From Thermoflexales bacterium (GTDB lineage: Bacteria > Chloroflexota > Anaerolineae > J036 > Brachytrichaceae): a stretch of DNA of 46,528 nucleotides. Every line of letters starts with the position of its first letter. Within the stretch, counting starts at the first letter, position 1. Location: positions 1 through 46,528 of the forward strand of contig JANWZM010000042.1 of NCBI GenBank assembly GCA_025054635.1, written 5' to 3'. Position numbers and translations under genes: made by a program. The notes beneath the pieces are model-generated. The model saw only the letters and a program-made list of their open reading frames with translations. It was not told where the DNA came from and ran no database searches. Below are positions 1 to 9,900 of the stretch, one piece after another.

Positions 1-47
1 ACACTCAGGCTCAGCCGCTCAGATTGTAACCCCCAGCTTATTCGTCT

Positions 48-53
48 TACAAT
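48..53 (+). promoter_or_regulatory. -10-like hexamer TACAAT 9 nt upstream of the leuD ATG; lies inside the right arm of a 9-bp perfect inverted repeat (21-29 agattgtaa / 47-55 ttacaatct)
   Basis: Direct reading of nt 21-62. The AT-rich hexamer stands out in GC-rich DNA. No convincing -35 seen. Confidence 0.25.
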
Positions 54-62
54 CTCGAAGCC

Positions 63-605
63 ATGCAGTTCACGGGTCGCTGCTGGGTCTACGGTGACGA
101 TGTCAACACTGATGTCATCTTTCCGGGCAAATACACCTATACGCTGACTGACCCTGCCCAGTTTGCTGCTCACGCGCTTGAAGACCTGGATCCCGAGTTT
201 GCCCGTCAGGTTCAGCCAGGTGATGTCATCGTTGCTGGCAAGAACTTCGGCTGTGGCTCTTCGCGCGAACAGGCTGCGGTTTGCCTAAAGATGGCAGGGG
301 TGCGCGCGATCATCGCCAAATCGTTTGCGCGGATTTTCTTCCGCAACTGCGTGAACAACGGCGTGTTGCCAATTGTCTGCCCAGAGGCGGTTAATGCGAT
401 TCAGAAGTTCGACCTGGTGACCATTGACCTCGACCAGCACCAGCTCACGGTGCTGGGTGAGCTGCCGCGCGTGTTCGTATTTCCCCCGCTGTCGCCCTCC
501 GTTGCTCAGATCATCGAGGCAGGCGGGCTGATCCCGATGCTGCGGCGTAAGCTCGGCACAGAGCACTTGCCGATGCCCGAGATCAAGTTTGGCGGGGGTG
601 ATTGA
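63..605 (+). CDS. leuD: 3-isopropylmalate dehydratase (or homoaconitase-type) small subunit
   Basis: 180-aa ORF with ATG start. Carries the aconitase swivel-domain motif [14 protein letters not shown] and N-terminal [16 protein letters not shown], typical of short LeuD/HacB proteins. Confidence 0.85.
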   Translation: MQFTGRCWVYGDDVNTDVIFPGKYTYTLTDPAQFAAHALEDLDPEFARQVQPGDVIVAGKNFGCGSSREQAAVCLKMAGVRAIIAKSFARIFFRNCVNNGVLPIVCPEAVNAIQKFDLVTIDLDQHQLTVLGELPRVFVFPPLSPSVAQIIEAGGLIPMLRRKLGTEHLPMPEIKFGGGD

Positions 606-620
606 CCAGTACAGCGCAGC

Positions 621-1550
621 TCACGGGAGGACCTGCAAACCAGTCTCGCTGACCTCGAGCACCCAGTAGCGCGCGCGCAAACCAGCACCGCCGAAAGCCA
701 CTTGCATGACCTCACCGATAGCCTCGTGGTCATGTTCCGCAAATGCGATTAGTCCCGGCCCTGCACCGCTCAATCCCACTGCGGCTGCGCCCGCAGCAAG
801 CGCTTGGCGCTTCGCCTCAAGTGCGCCGGGGATTGCGGGCAAGCGGTAGGGCTCGTGGATGCGGTCTTCGAGGGCGCGGCTGAGCAAGCCGAAGTCCCCA
901 TTCCGCAGCGCTTCGACGACAAGCATCGCTCGACCGATGTTGAATACCGCGTCGGCTCGCGCGTAGTGCGAAGGCAGCACCGCGCGGGCGTGACTGGTCA
1001 TGAAATAGAAGTCAGGCACGCACACCACCACTTTGAATGGTGGCAGCGGAACTTGACGCGCCAACACCTCGTTGTCGCGCCCCACGACCAACACCAAGCC
1101 GCCTAGCAATGCCGGCGCAACATTGTCGCCGTGCCCTTCGATCTCAAAGGCGCGCATTAAGATGCGCGCCTGCGCGGCAGGGCTAAGATATCCATCGGGG
1201 TCGAGGATCGCCTGTGCAAACGCCAAGCCGGCTAACACCGCGGTTGAACTAGACCCCAGACCGCTGCCGCAAGGCACTTGGTTGTGACAGACGATGTGGT
1301 AGGACAAGTCGCGCGGCTTGATCGGCAGGTGCATGGCAAGTTCGTCCGCCATCGTCCGCGCCACAAGATGCCCTGCATCAGTCGGCAGAATGTCTGCACC
1401 CTCGCCATGTGAGACAACGGTGAAGCCACGTCCATCCCCCTCGTACAACTCGAACGTGTTCCACAGATTCAGCGCCAACCCCATACAGTCAAAGCCAGGC
1501 CCAAGGTTGGCGCTTGTCGCTGGCACGCGCACAGTGAGCAGGCGTTTCAT
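621..1550 (-). CDS. thrB: homoserine kinase (GHMP kinase family)
   Basis: 309 aa. N-terminal [19 protein letters not shown] and the GHMP motif [17 protein letters not shown] start/stop overlap with the upstream thrC. Confidence 0.9.
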   Translation of the reverse strand: MKRLLTVRVPATSANLGPGFDCMGLALNLWNTFELYEGDGRGFTVVSHGEGADILPTDAGHLVARTMADELAMHLPIKPRDLSYHIVCHNQVPCGSGLGSSSTAVLAGLAFAQAILDPDGYLSPAAQARILMRAFEIEGHGDNVAPALLGGLVLVVGRDNEVLARQVPLPPFKVVVCVPDFYFMTSHARAVLPSHYARADAVFNIGRAMLVVEALRNGDFGLLSRALEDRIHEPYRLPAIPGALEAKRQALAAGAAAVGLSGAGPGLIAFAEHDHEAIGEVMQVAFGGAGLRARYWVLEVSETGLQVLP

Positions 1551-2635
1551 CGCACTTGCAGCACGTCCAACAGCGCCTCAATCTGAGGTTGGATCGTGAC
1601 TGGGGCGGGCAAGCCAGATAGCGCGGTGTCGGGATCTTTCAGCCCGTGACCGGTCATCACGCAGACTACGCGCTTGCCACGCAGGTCTAGCCACCCCTCT
1701 CGTCGCCCCTTCGCGATTGCGGCGAGGCTCGAGGCACACGCAGGCTCGACGAACACCCCCTCGGTCTGCGCCACCATGCGATACCAGTGCAGGATTTCCT
1801 CGTCAGTCACGTCGGTGATGTGTCCGTTGCTCTCGCTCAAGGCAGCGAGTGCCTGTTGCCAGCGGACGGGATTGCCGATGCGGATTGCTGTGGCGATGGT
1901 TTCGGGCTTTTCGACGACGTGCCCACGCACGATTGGTGCAGCACCTGCTGCCTGAGCACCGAGCAGCCTTGGGCGCGAGCGGATCAGACCGTCCTCGAGG
2001 TATTCAGTAAAGCCCATCCAGTAGGCGGTAATGTTGCCTGCGTTGCCGACCGGCAGGCAGAGCCAATCAGGCGCCTCGCCGAGCGCATCGCAGATCTCAA
2101 ACGCGGCTGTTTTTTGTCCTTGCAGTCGCGCGGGGTTGATGTTGTTGACCAGCACGATGGGTGCACGCTCAGTTGCCTCGCGCACCATGCGCAAGCCATC
2201 GTCGAAATTGCCGTTGATTGCGATGACCTGCGCGCCGTAGCTGAGCGCCCCAGCAAGTTTGCCAGCAGCGATCTTTCCATCTGGAACGAGGACGACACAG
2301 GCAAGCCCTGCGCGCGCAGCATAGGCTGCAGCGCTAGCAGCAGTGTTGCCCGTACTAGCGCAGATCACCGCCTGTGCGCCATCAGCGACCGCTTGTGTGA
2401 TCGCCGCGGTCATGCCTCGGTCTTTGAACGACCCTGTAGGGTTGACGCCCTCGTACTTGAGGAGCAACTCAAAGTCGCCGCCCAACGCCCGAGCCAGGCG
2501 CGGTGCAGGAATCAGCGGCGTGTTGCCTTCGAGTAAAGTGACAGGGGGGACAGAGGAATTAATTCTGAGTCGAGGACGATAATGGGCGACAACGCCATGC
2601 CAGGTAGAGACAGTATGTGCTGCAGACACCATCAC
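1547..2635 (-). CDS. thrC: threonine synthase (PLP-dependent)
   Basis: 362 aa. PLP-lysine motif [12 protein letters not shown] and [13 protein letters not shown]. The start is GTG at 2635 or ATG at 2632. Confidence 0.9.
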   Translation of the reverse strand: MMVSAAHTVSTWHGVVAHYRPRLRINSSVPPVTLLEGNTPLIPAPRLARALGGDFELLLKYEGVNPTGSFKDRGMTAAITQAVADGAQAVICASTGNTAASAAAYAARAGLACVVLVPDGKIAAGKLAGALSYGAQVIAINGNFDDGLRMVREATERAPIVLVNNINPARLQGQKTAAFEICDALGEAPDWLCLPVGNAGNITAYWMGFTEYLEDGLIRSRPRLLGAQAAGAAPIVRGHVVEKPETIATAIRIGNPVRWQQALAALSESNGHITDVTDEEILHWYRMVAQTEGVFVEPACASSLAAIAKGRREGWLDLRGKRVVCVMTGHGLKDPDTALSGLPAPVTIQPQIEALLDVLQVR

Positions 2636-2872
2636 TTCAGCGACGCTTCGAAATTCTACGCTGCTCCATACAGTTTGATTAGGTGCATTGACTGGTCACA
2701 CGCTCAAGTTTCAATTCCTTGACAAGCTCTGAAAGCGGTCTTGCAGTCGGGTTTGGGCAAGGTGGTTGAGCAAGTGGAATGCCTAGCTTAGGCTTAGACT
2801 GTAGGTGCACCAGTAGATACCTTAGCAGAAGAAGGCTGCAGCCGACTTTTAGGGAAGCTGAAGCTTCGCACC

Positions 2873-3880
2873 TCACCCCAAGGCGCGATAGTGTTTTGAG
2901 AGTTGCTCGACGCTAGCCTGATGCATCAGGCTAATTGCTTCAACACCCTCGAGAATGGATTCGGGCTTCCAGGGCAGCTCCGTCAGCGAGGATACTAGCC
3001 GAGCAAGCACGAGTCCGTAGGCAGAAGCAAGAACACGGCAGGTCGTGAAGTCAGCCTTTGTGCGGACGAAATCGAGTTCAGCATCTAGGAAAACGCCGAA
3101 CTCTGATCGGCCGATCCCGCGCAGCATTGCGAAGAGAATGCGGTTTCGCTCGCTGAGCGTTGTTCGAGTCCACCAGTCCTCAAAAGATGCAGATTCAGTG
3201 TGCCTTAGTCGTGCAGCCGGCCAATACCAAACTTGCCAGCCGCAATCGCGTAAACGCACGCACATCTCTACATCCTCGTAATATCCTGGTGAGAAGATCT
3301 CATTCAGTAACCCAACTTCGCGCACGGCTGCTGCACGAAGCCCGATTGCTGCTCCGGTGACAAACTCGACCTCACGCGGCACGCTAAACTCAGCGCTGTC
3401 TGGGCAGCGATGCGCGTAGTGCCTGCCCACCAGACGCGGCCGCTCAAGGTATCCACCAGCATGCTGGAGTGTCTCTCCATCAGGGTAATAGATTTTGCAG
3501 CCTACCGCGCCTAGGCAGGGCATCCGCTCTGCTGCTGCTGTCAAGTTTGCGAAAAGATCTGCTTCTAGAACTGTGTCCTGATTAAGCAAAAAAAGCAAGT
3601 CGTCTTCTCTCACCACACCGCTGTCAAGCGCTGCGCGAAGTCCGATGTTGGCGCCCTGAGTGAAGCCAACGTTACGCGCTAGGGCGATTTGGTTAAACGG
3701 AATCTCCTTTGCCCGAGCCAGTTGGACATACGTGGCAATGACTTGTCTTGTGTCGTCACGACTGGCGTTGTCAACAATCCAGATACTTGCTGGAAGTGTC
3801 GACTGGGCGAGGACACTTGAAAGGCACACCTGCAGATGCGCTGCGCCATTCCAGGAGACCAGAACTAAGTGTGTGTTCAC
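2873..3880 (-). CDS. family 2 (GT-A) glycosyltransferase, rhamnosyltransferase-like
   Basis: Motifs LVLVSWNG, VDNASRDDT, NVGFTQGANIGL and LLNQDTVLE. The ORF-track start (TTG 3946) overlaps the upstream gene by 62 nt. An in-frame GTG at 3880, 4 nt after the upstream stop, gives the usual short N-terminus. The start is therefore uncertain (3880 or 3946). Confidence 0.8.
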   Translation of the reverse strand: MNTHLVLVSWNGAAHLQVCLSSVLAQSTLPASIWIVDNASRDDTRQVIATYVQLARAKEIPFNQIALARNVGFTQGANIGLRAALDSGVVREDDLLFLLNQDTVLEADLFANLTAAAERMPCLGAVGCKIYYPDGETLQHAGGYLERPRLVGRHYAHRCPDSAEFSVPREVEFVTGAAIGLRAAAVREVGLLNEIFSPGYYEDVEMCVRLRDCGWQVWYWPAARLRHTESASFEDWWTRTTLSERNRILFAMLRGIGRSEFGVFLDAELDFVRTKADFTTCRVLASAYGLVLARLVSSLTELPWKPESILEGVEAISLMHQASVEQLSKHYRALG

Positions 3881-3884
3881 CTGG

Positions 3885-4604
3885 TTACGTGTTGCTACTT
3901 TGTGAATGCAAACGTTGTTCTGCAAGCGCTTTGAGAATAGCCCCAATTAGCCGCTCGAGGTCATGCAGGCGCAACTCAAGTTGATCCATTCCTTGTCGCA
4001 TCTTGGACCTTTCCTGCTGGAGCTCGCCAATCAGCATCTGGCACTCAGCAAGGATATTCCCTAGCTGCTTGTCCTGCTCGGCGAGATTGCGACTTGCCTC
4101 GACAACGTAGTCCACGCGAGTCTGTAGACTAGAGACGTGCATTTGCTGGTCTTGGGTGTTGCGTGCGATGAAAGCTTCCAGCTCCGCGATGCGCTCTTGG
4201 TGAATCTGGATGTGCGATTGCAACCCAGCCAGATGTGCCTGCTGGTCTTGGGTGCTGCGTGCGATGAAAGCTTCCAGCTCCGCGATGCGCTCTTGGTGAG
4301 CTTGGATGGCAGCCTCGATTTGTACTTGCAGCGCAGCAAGGTGGACTTGCTGGTCTTGGGTGATGCGCAAGACAAGCGTCTGCAGCGCTTCGATTTGTGC
4401 CTGCTGAGGTTGCACGATGCGCTTCAGGTGCTGCACCTGAGCAGAGAGCGTGCTGTTGACAGCGTTTTGCTGGGCAACTACTGCCTCCAGATACCATAGC
4501 AGCAGTGACCTTAGAGCAGGCTCTAACACCAGAGCAACAGGTGTCGATGCACGAGGAACTTGGACGTTGAATGAGCTATCTTGATTGGGCTGCTGTTCAA
4601 TCAT
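3885..4604 (-). CDS. Q/A/E-rich coiled-coil protein of unknown function with internal 32-aa tandem repeats; no signal peptide or TM segment seen
   Basis: 239 aa. Heptad-like repeats include IQAHQERIAELEAFIARSTQDQQAHLAGLQSH and IQIHQERIAELEAFIARNTQDQQMHVSSLQTR. The ATG (4604-4602) overlaps the TGA of the upstream GT4 gene (ATGA). I recognise no family. Confidence 0.65.
   Translation of the reverse strand: MIEQQPNQDSSFNVQVPRASTPVALVLEPALRSLLLWYLEAVVAQQNAVNSTLSAQVQHLKRIVQPQQAQIEALQTLVLRITQDQQVHLAALQVQIEAAIQAHQERIAELEAFIARSTQDQQAHLAGLQSHIQIHQERIAELEAFIARNTQDQQMHVSSLQTRVDYVVEASRNLAEQDKQLGNILAECQMLIGELQQERSKMRQGMDQLELRLHDLERLIGAILKALAEQRLHSQSSNT
4145..4400. repeat. intragenic tandem repeat: two 96-bp units (4145-4240, 4241-4336) plus degenerate further units starting at 4349
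   Basis: About 60 nt at 4145-4204 and 4241-4300 (gctggtcttgggtgYtgcgtgcgatgaaagcttccagctccgcgatgcgctcttggtga) are identical except for one mismatch. The gctggtcttggg head recurs at 4349. Confidence 0.85.
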
Positions 4605-5878
4605 GTGTGAGCTTGACTCAGGCTAGGTGTAAATGATTGTAGTCCCCTTCTGTCTGCAGCAAGCTGCGGGTTGCTGCAAAATTCACATAGGGCTCGCACA
4701 ACAACAGACCATCGAAGAGACGCGCGCATTGACTCGAGAGGTTCAAGGGTCTTTTGTGAGCGGTGCTGCTTGCGCTCAGCAAGACACAGGAGTGCTGAGG
4801 CTGTCGCCTGCGCGTCGCCTGGGTCAACAAGCACAGCTATGCCTGCCTGAGCGGCACTTTCGGCAAGGTCATCGCCCTTTGAGAGTACCATTGGCAACCC
4901 TGCCCAGATGTAGCTGAGCACTCGGGTGCGCAGGGAGAAGCGTGACTCAAGGTGTTCACGGTGCAAAGACACACCGATATCAGATTCGACCAGGTAACAG
5001 CTCCACTGGTCGTAGGGCACCCAGTCCAAGAAGAAAACGCAGCGCTCGTCCAGCTCTAGCCGTCTGCTGTGTGCGCGCAAGGAGTTCCTGACAGCAGATT
5101 GGTCTGCCTGAGGTGCGTGCGGGTGGCTCACACCGGGGAAGATGAACTTAAAGTCTTCTCTTTGCTTCCGTATGAGGGCAGCAGCCTCAAGCAAGGTCAC
5201 AGGATCAAGCCAGGGCCAGGCGCCGCCTCCCCATAGCACGACAACATCTGACGCGCAAACGCTGGGGAGCACGCTGCGGATCACATTTTGTGTGTGCGTT
5301 GGAGGGGAATCGGGGATTCCATACGGGAGCAGACCCACTAGTCTGCACAGCAGTGGATCATGCTGGTAGTTCAAGGCATTGACGCGTCCTGCAGCAGCTA
5401 GCATGCCGAGCCAGAAGTCCCGCTGTCGTTCCGTCCCCACCACGAAGAAATCGCCGCGCTGCAGGACGTAGCTCATCATCTGCTGGTAATCCCGATGCCA
5501 GCGCATGCGTATCTCAATCGGACGATCAGCATCCATTTCGAGGTGCTCAAAAAGCGTGATGTCGTAGCCATCTACAACAACGGGCACAGCCCAAGAGTCA
5601 AGCGCCTCGCGACATTGCCAAATAGTGTCTGGGTAGGCGAATACAACCTCGTGCTGACGGATCCACTCGCTCATGCGAGCTTCGGTTAAGTTTTGGAAGG
5701 ACTCCAGCTTGAGCAAGGCAGGTATGGACGCAGAGGGGCTCTCCAGTGGCTTTGGCGCAGCAAGGGTGACAGCCAATCCCTGGTTGGCAAGCGCTCGGGC
5801 AATCTCAAAGTAGCGGATGCCAACCCCTGCCATGCGTCGCCCGATGAAGTCGTGGGAAATGATGAGCAGACGAGACAT
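4601..5878 (-). CDS. GT-B fold glycosyltransferase (GT4/GT1-like)
   Basis: 425 aa. N-terminal MSRLLIISHDFIGRRMAGVGIRYFEIARALANQGLAVTL is typical of GT4 enzymes. The C-terminal half carries WAGLPMVLSKGDDLAE in the nucleotide-sugar binding region. Confidence 0.8.
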   Translation of the reverse strand: MSRLLIISHDFIGRRMAGVGIRYFEIARALANQGLAVTLAAPKPLESPSASIPALLKLESFQNLTEARMSEWIRQHEVVFAYPDTIWQCREALDSWAVPVVVDGYDITLFEHLEMDADRPIEIRMRWHRDYQQMMSYVLQRGDFFVVGTERQRDFWLGMLAAAGRVNALNYQHDPLLCRLVGLLPYGIPDSPPTHTQNVIRSVLPSVCASDVVVLWGGGAWPWLDPVTLLEAAALIRKQREDFKFIFPGVSHPHAPQADQSAVRNSLRAHSRRLELDERCVFFLDWVPYDQWSCYLVESDIGVSLHREHLESRFSLRTRVLSYIWAGLPMVLSKGDDLAESAAQAGIAVLVDPGDAQATASALLCLAERKQHRSQKTLEPLESMRASLRWSVVVRALCEFCSNPQLAADRRGLQSFTPSLSQAHT

Positions 5879-5905
5879 GTTCTGTGAGACAACGCGCAGA
5901 GCGCA

Positions 5906-6916
5906 CTATACGATGAGCATCGCGTCGCCGAACGAGTAAAACCGATAGCGGTTTTGAATCGCCAGCGCGTAACTCTGGCGCATGAACGCCATCCCCATGA
6001 ACGAGCCTATCATCGCCAGCAGTGTGCTGCGCGGTAGGTGGAAGTTCGTGATCAGCGCGTCCACTGCAAGCCAGCGATACCCTGGGGTAATGTAAAGGCT
6101 CGTCCACCCTTGAAACCCGATCTGCGCAGGGTTCTGAGCGCGCGCCTGAGCCCATGTCTCTAGCACGCGCGCACTGGTGGTGCCAACGGCGACAATGCGC
6201 CCGCCAGAACCCCGCACTTGCTGAATCACGCGCGCTGTGTCCTCGCTCAATTCGCACCACTCGCTGTGGATGGTGTGTGCCTCAACGGTCTCCTCGTCGA
6301 TCGGCTTAAATGTGTCCAAGCCGACGTGCAAAGTGACGAAGGCAAGCTTGATGCCAATCTGCTCCAGACGCTGCAGCAGCGCCTGCGTGAAGTGCAACCC
6401 TGCGGTTGGCGCGGCTGCGCTGCCAGCAACTCGAGCATACACGGTTTGGTAACGTTCGGCGTCAGTCAATGGCTCGTGGATGTATGGCGGCAGAGGCACT
6501 TCGCCGAGGCGCTCCAAGTGTGGCTCAATCGCTTCGTTGAACGTCAGCGTTGCTGCTCCACTCTCACCTTGTTCTTCGACGACAGCCTCGAGCCCGTGCT
6601 CGAACAAAATCCGCGACACGCGCCGACCGCCGACGAGCGCTTGCCAAGTGCGCTCATTCTGCTTGCGCAAAAGCAACACCTCGACCTTGCCGCCCGTGGG
6701 TTTGTGCCCGTGCAACCGTGCTCGCAGCACGCGCGTGTCGTTCATCACCAGGGCATCGCCTGGGCGTAGCAACTCCGGCAGCTCGTAAAAGCGCCGGTGC
6801 TGATGCGTCTGTGATGCGCGATCGCAAACGAGCAGGCGCGCATGGTCGCGCGGCTTGATCGGATGCTGAGCGATCAGTTCTGGCGGCAGGTCATAGTCCA
6901 GTTCTGAAGTGAGCAT
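5906..6916 (-). CDS. queA: S-adenosylmethionine:tRNA ribosyltransferase-isomerase (queuosine biosynthesis)
   Basis: 336 aa. N-terminal LDYDLPPELIAQHP, PLPPYI, HFTQALL and the C-terminal YRFYSFGDAMLI are hallmark QueA strings. Confidence 0.9.
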   Translation of the reverse strand: MLTSELDYDLPPELIAQHPIKPRDHARLLVCDRASQTHQHRRFYELPELLRPGDALVMNDTRVLRARLHGHKPTGGKVEVLLLRKQNERTWQALVGGRRVSRILFEHGLEAVVEEQGESGAATLTFNEAIEPHLERLGEVPLPPYIHEPLTDAERYQTVYARVAGSAAAPTAGLHFTQALLQRLEQIGIKLAFVTLHVGLDTFKPIDEETVEAHTIHSEWCELSEDTARVIQQVRGSGGRIVAVGTTSARVLETWAQARAQNPAQIGFQGWTSLYITPGYRWLAVDALITNFHLPRSTLLAMIGSFMGMAFMRQSYALAIQNRYRFYSFGDAMLIV

Positions 6917-6945
6917 CGCTGGTCAATGCGCCTGATTCTAAAAAG

Positions 6946-9900
6946 CTATGCGATTGCAGGCGGATCCGGCCAAAGGTCTTGCTGCAAAGCGCGCAGGATA
7001 GCTGTGTTGAAAGGGAAGGCGGACTGGTATGTTGCAGCTTGTCTGGGCGTGAGCAAACGTTGGAGGTGCTGCAAAAGCGCAGCCGCGCGCTCGAGGGCAC
7101 TGCTTGCCTCCTCATGTCGCCCTTGAGCGCGCAACACCTGAGCGCGCGCAAACCAAACCTGCTGTGGGTTCTCAGCCTGCGGGATCTGCTCAAGCACGCT
7201 GACCCCGCGCGCTGAGTAGGCTTCAGCGCATTCGAGGTCACCCAACCGCAAGCAGGCGACTGCTAGGAAGGCGCAATCCACGCTGATGTCCACATGACCG
7301 AGCGCCTCGCGCAAGGCAAGCCCTTGCTCCATACATGCGCGCGCCTCACCGAGTCTGCCTGAGCACAGCAGGGCAGCGCCTAGATTCGCCAGGGCACTTG
7401 CCTGCTGCGCAGGGAGATTTAACTCGACTGCGCGCTGATGCGCTTCCCGCAACCATCGCTCGGCTTGATCGACCTGCCCCAGGTAGATGAGCGCAAACCC
7501 GATGTTGTTCGCTGCCGCGCACAGACCGCGCCCGTCCTGAATCTCAGCGAACAAGTCATATGCCTCTCGGGCGAGGCTAAGCCCGCGCTCGAATTCGCCC
7601 AGTCGTAGGACGAGCGCCGCAGTATTGACCCGTGCTGCTGCCATCCCCTGAGGCATCATCAGGGCGGCATAGCTAAGGTGAGCGTGCTCGTAGGCTTGGA
7701 TAGCCTCGTCAAACCGTGATAGCCGAGCCAACATGCGCGCGGCGAGCGTGCGAGCTTCTGCCTCACCGTCTAGGATGCCTCGTCGTGCAAACAGCTCGCT
7801 GGACTCCTGAGCGTAAGCCAGCGCTAAGGCGAAGTCATTTTGCGCGGACGCCAGCTTTCCCAGCGCCAACAGGAGCTGCGGCAGCAGAACAGAGGACTTG
7901 TCGCTCAATTCGACAGCATAACTAAGGGCTTCGCGCGCCTTGTCAAACTGCTCGCGCTGCAGGGCAACTTCAGCGATGTTGAGCCAACATTGGAGCTGCT
8001 CGGCGCGGTCGCCGCGCTGCCGGGCGAGCTCGAGTGCCTGCGACAGGCGACGTTGTGATTCTGCCTGCTGACCTGCGCCAGCAAGTGCACGACCGAGCAG
8101 CGCAAGCGCCCTAACGTCGCTGTGCAAGCAGCAGGCAGCCGCGCGCTCCAGAGCGTCAACCGCTTCGCTCCAGGCATTGCGCGCCAGTGCGTAGCGACCG
8201 AGACGGTATCGCACCTCAGCGAGCCATGCGGGGGGAGCGTTGGGCTTGTCCACGAGCGCGCACAATGCATCGAGCGTAGCTGCTTGCTCTGCACGTGCGC
8301 CGCGCGCGTGTAGGATTGCCTCTTGCAGACACAGCAACTCGAACTGCACTTCAGGCGAGTGGGTCAACTGCATCCCACGCTGAATTGCTTGCAGCGCGAA
8401 ATCGGGCGCAAGGATCTCAGCCGCGTGATGGGCTGCTCTTAGCCAGGCTCGAGCCGCCTCCTCGAGTTGCCCAGCTTGCTCCAAGTGCGAGGCAATTTGC
8501 GCTGGCTCTCCCTGCGCATGGGTCAGCAGCCGTGCGGCTTGCTGATGAAGCCGCTGCTTGCGCACGGCACTGGCTTTGCTGAGCACCACGCGCTGTATCT
8601 CCGGATGAGCGATGAAATATTCCCCTTTGCTCGCAGCAAGCCAATCCCACGCCATGAGCTGGTCAACCCGCTCCTCGATGACATCAACCTCCTGCCCAGT
8701 CATTTGCTGAATTTGGGTCAGGCTGCTCACGCCGAGGATAGCGATGCTCTCGATGATGCGTCGCCCGAGCGGGTCAAGCGTCGCCAAGTTGTGCGCGATT
8801 GCCTGGTCTAGCGAGCAAGGTTCGGCGTCAGAGCTGCGCGCGCGCAACATCTCGATGACCGCTAGCGGCACACCTGCACTGCACTCCAACAGCATGTCCG
8901 CTTGCTCGCTCGGGATTCCTGCGCTTGTCAATGCACGCAGTGTAGCCTCATGCGGCAGTGACGGGAGTGGAACAAGCCAGAGCAATTGGCGTTGCTGTGT
9001 AGCAGCAAGCAATCTCTCCAGCCCAGGCGAGCGCGCGCGTCCGGCAAGTAAGAGGACAATCGGCGGCGCCTGATGCGTTGTCAGAGCGCGGACGAGCACT
9101 TCGAGTGAGTCTGGATCGGCTTGGTCAGCATCGTCTATTGCAACCAGGACGGGACGACCTGCGGCGAGCGCCTGCAGTGCGCTTGCTGCACTCGCGATCA
9201 AGCGTGCGCGCGCCAGGTGCGCGCTGCGTTCGGCTATAGATGGCAGGTCGCTTAATGCTGTCCTCTCCAGCGGTGGAAGACGCGGGAAAGCGACGCGCAG
9301 CTCAGGCAGCAGCCGCTGTGCCTCGAGCAGATTTGCCAACGGAAGCCTGGACGAGAAAGACACTTGGCTAGCCGCGCGGGCAAGCTGGTCGTTCAGCGCC
9401 TCGCGGAGCAGTCGCGTCATCAGGCTGAACGGTGCAGACGAGCAAACGCTTTGCGCTGCGCAGTGTGCCCACACTGAGACTTCGGGGCGTTGCTCGCGCA
9501 AGCCCTCGATGACCATTTTGAGAAGTCGGCTCTTGCCAGCTCCTCCCGCGCCCTGCACATAGATGACGAGGGGTAAAGCGTTTGCGCTCGTCGCGCTCAG
9601 AACCCGTCTCAAGACTTGCTCAGCGCAAACTGCAACTGCTTCCAGGACAAGCTGGCGAACAGCGCGGCTCGCTTGAACATCCGACGGCTGGGATGCGGTT
9701 GTTACGAGATGGACAGGGTGACCGAATGCAAGTGCATAGGTCTGCTCAGCGCTCTTGCCCTCGAGGAGAGCCTGATACAGGGCGCGTGTCTGCTCATCTG
9801 GCACAACACCGAGTTCGCGTTCGAGGAATGAGGCAAAAACCACGTAACTTCGAACGGCGTCAGCGCGCTTTCCAAGCCGATCCATCAACCACATGGCGCG

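Noticed and set aside
1787-2536. 249-aa plus-strand ORF antisense to thrC. There are similar long antisense or out-of-frame ORFs at 6218-6769, 10697-11125, 15507-16109, 21780-22445, 23009-23575, 29776-30336, 33515-34195, 36070-36879, 41354-42304, 42750-43340 and 45557-46219.
   Set aside because: All lie fully inside strongly supported genes on the opposite strand or in another frame. They have Arg/Ala/Cys/His-rich low-complexity compositions with no recognisable motifs. This is typical of stop-codon-poor shadow ORFs in GC-rich DNA.
2636-2872. An AT-richer 237-bp gap upstream of thrC. It contains a 65-aa ORF (2679-2876), an 8-mer direct repeat taggtgca (2680-2687 and 2802-2809), small palindromes (gaagcttcagcttc, ggctgcagcc) and a plus-strand TTGACA box.
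   Set aside because: The ORF has no SD and a low-complexity sequence. One 8-mer repeat in about 240 bp is within chance expectation. The TTGACA lacks a credible -10 and has no downstream gene. Only a TAGAAT (2653-2658) 17 nt before the thrC GTG looks functional, and its -35 is too weak to list.
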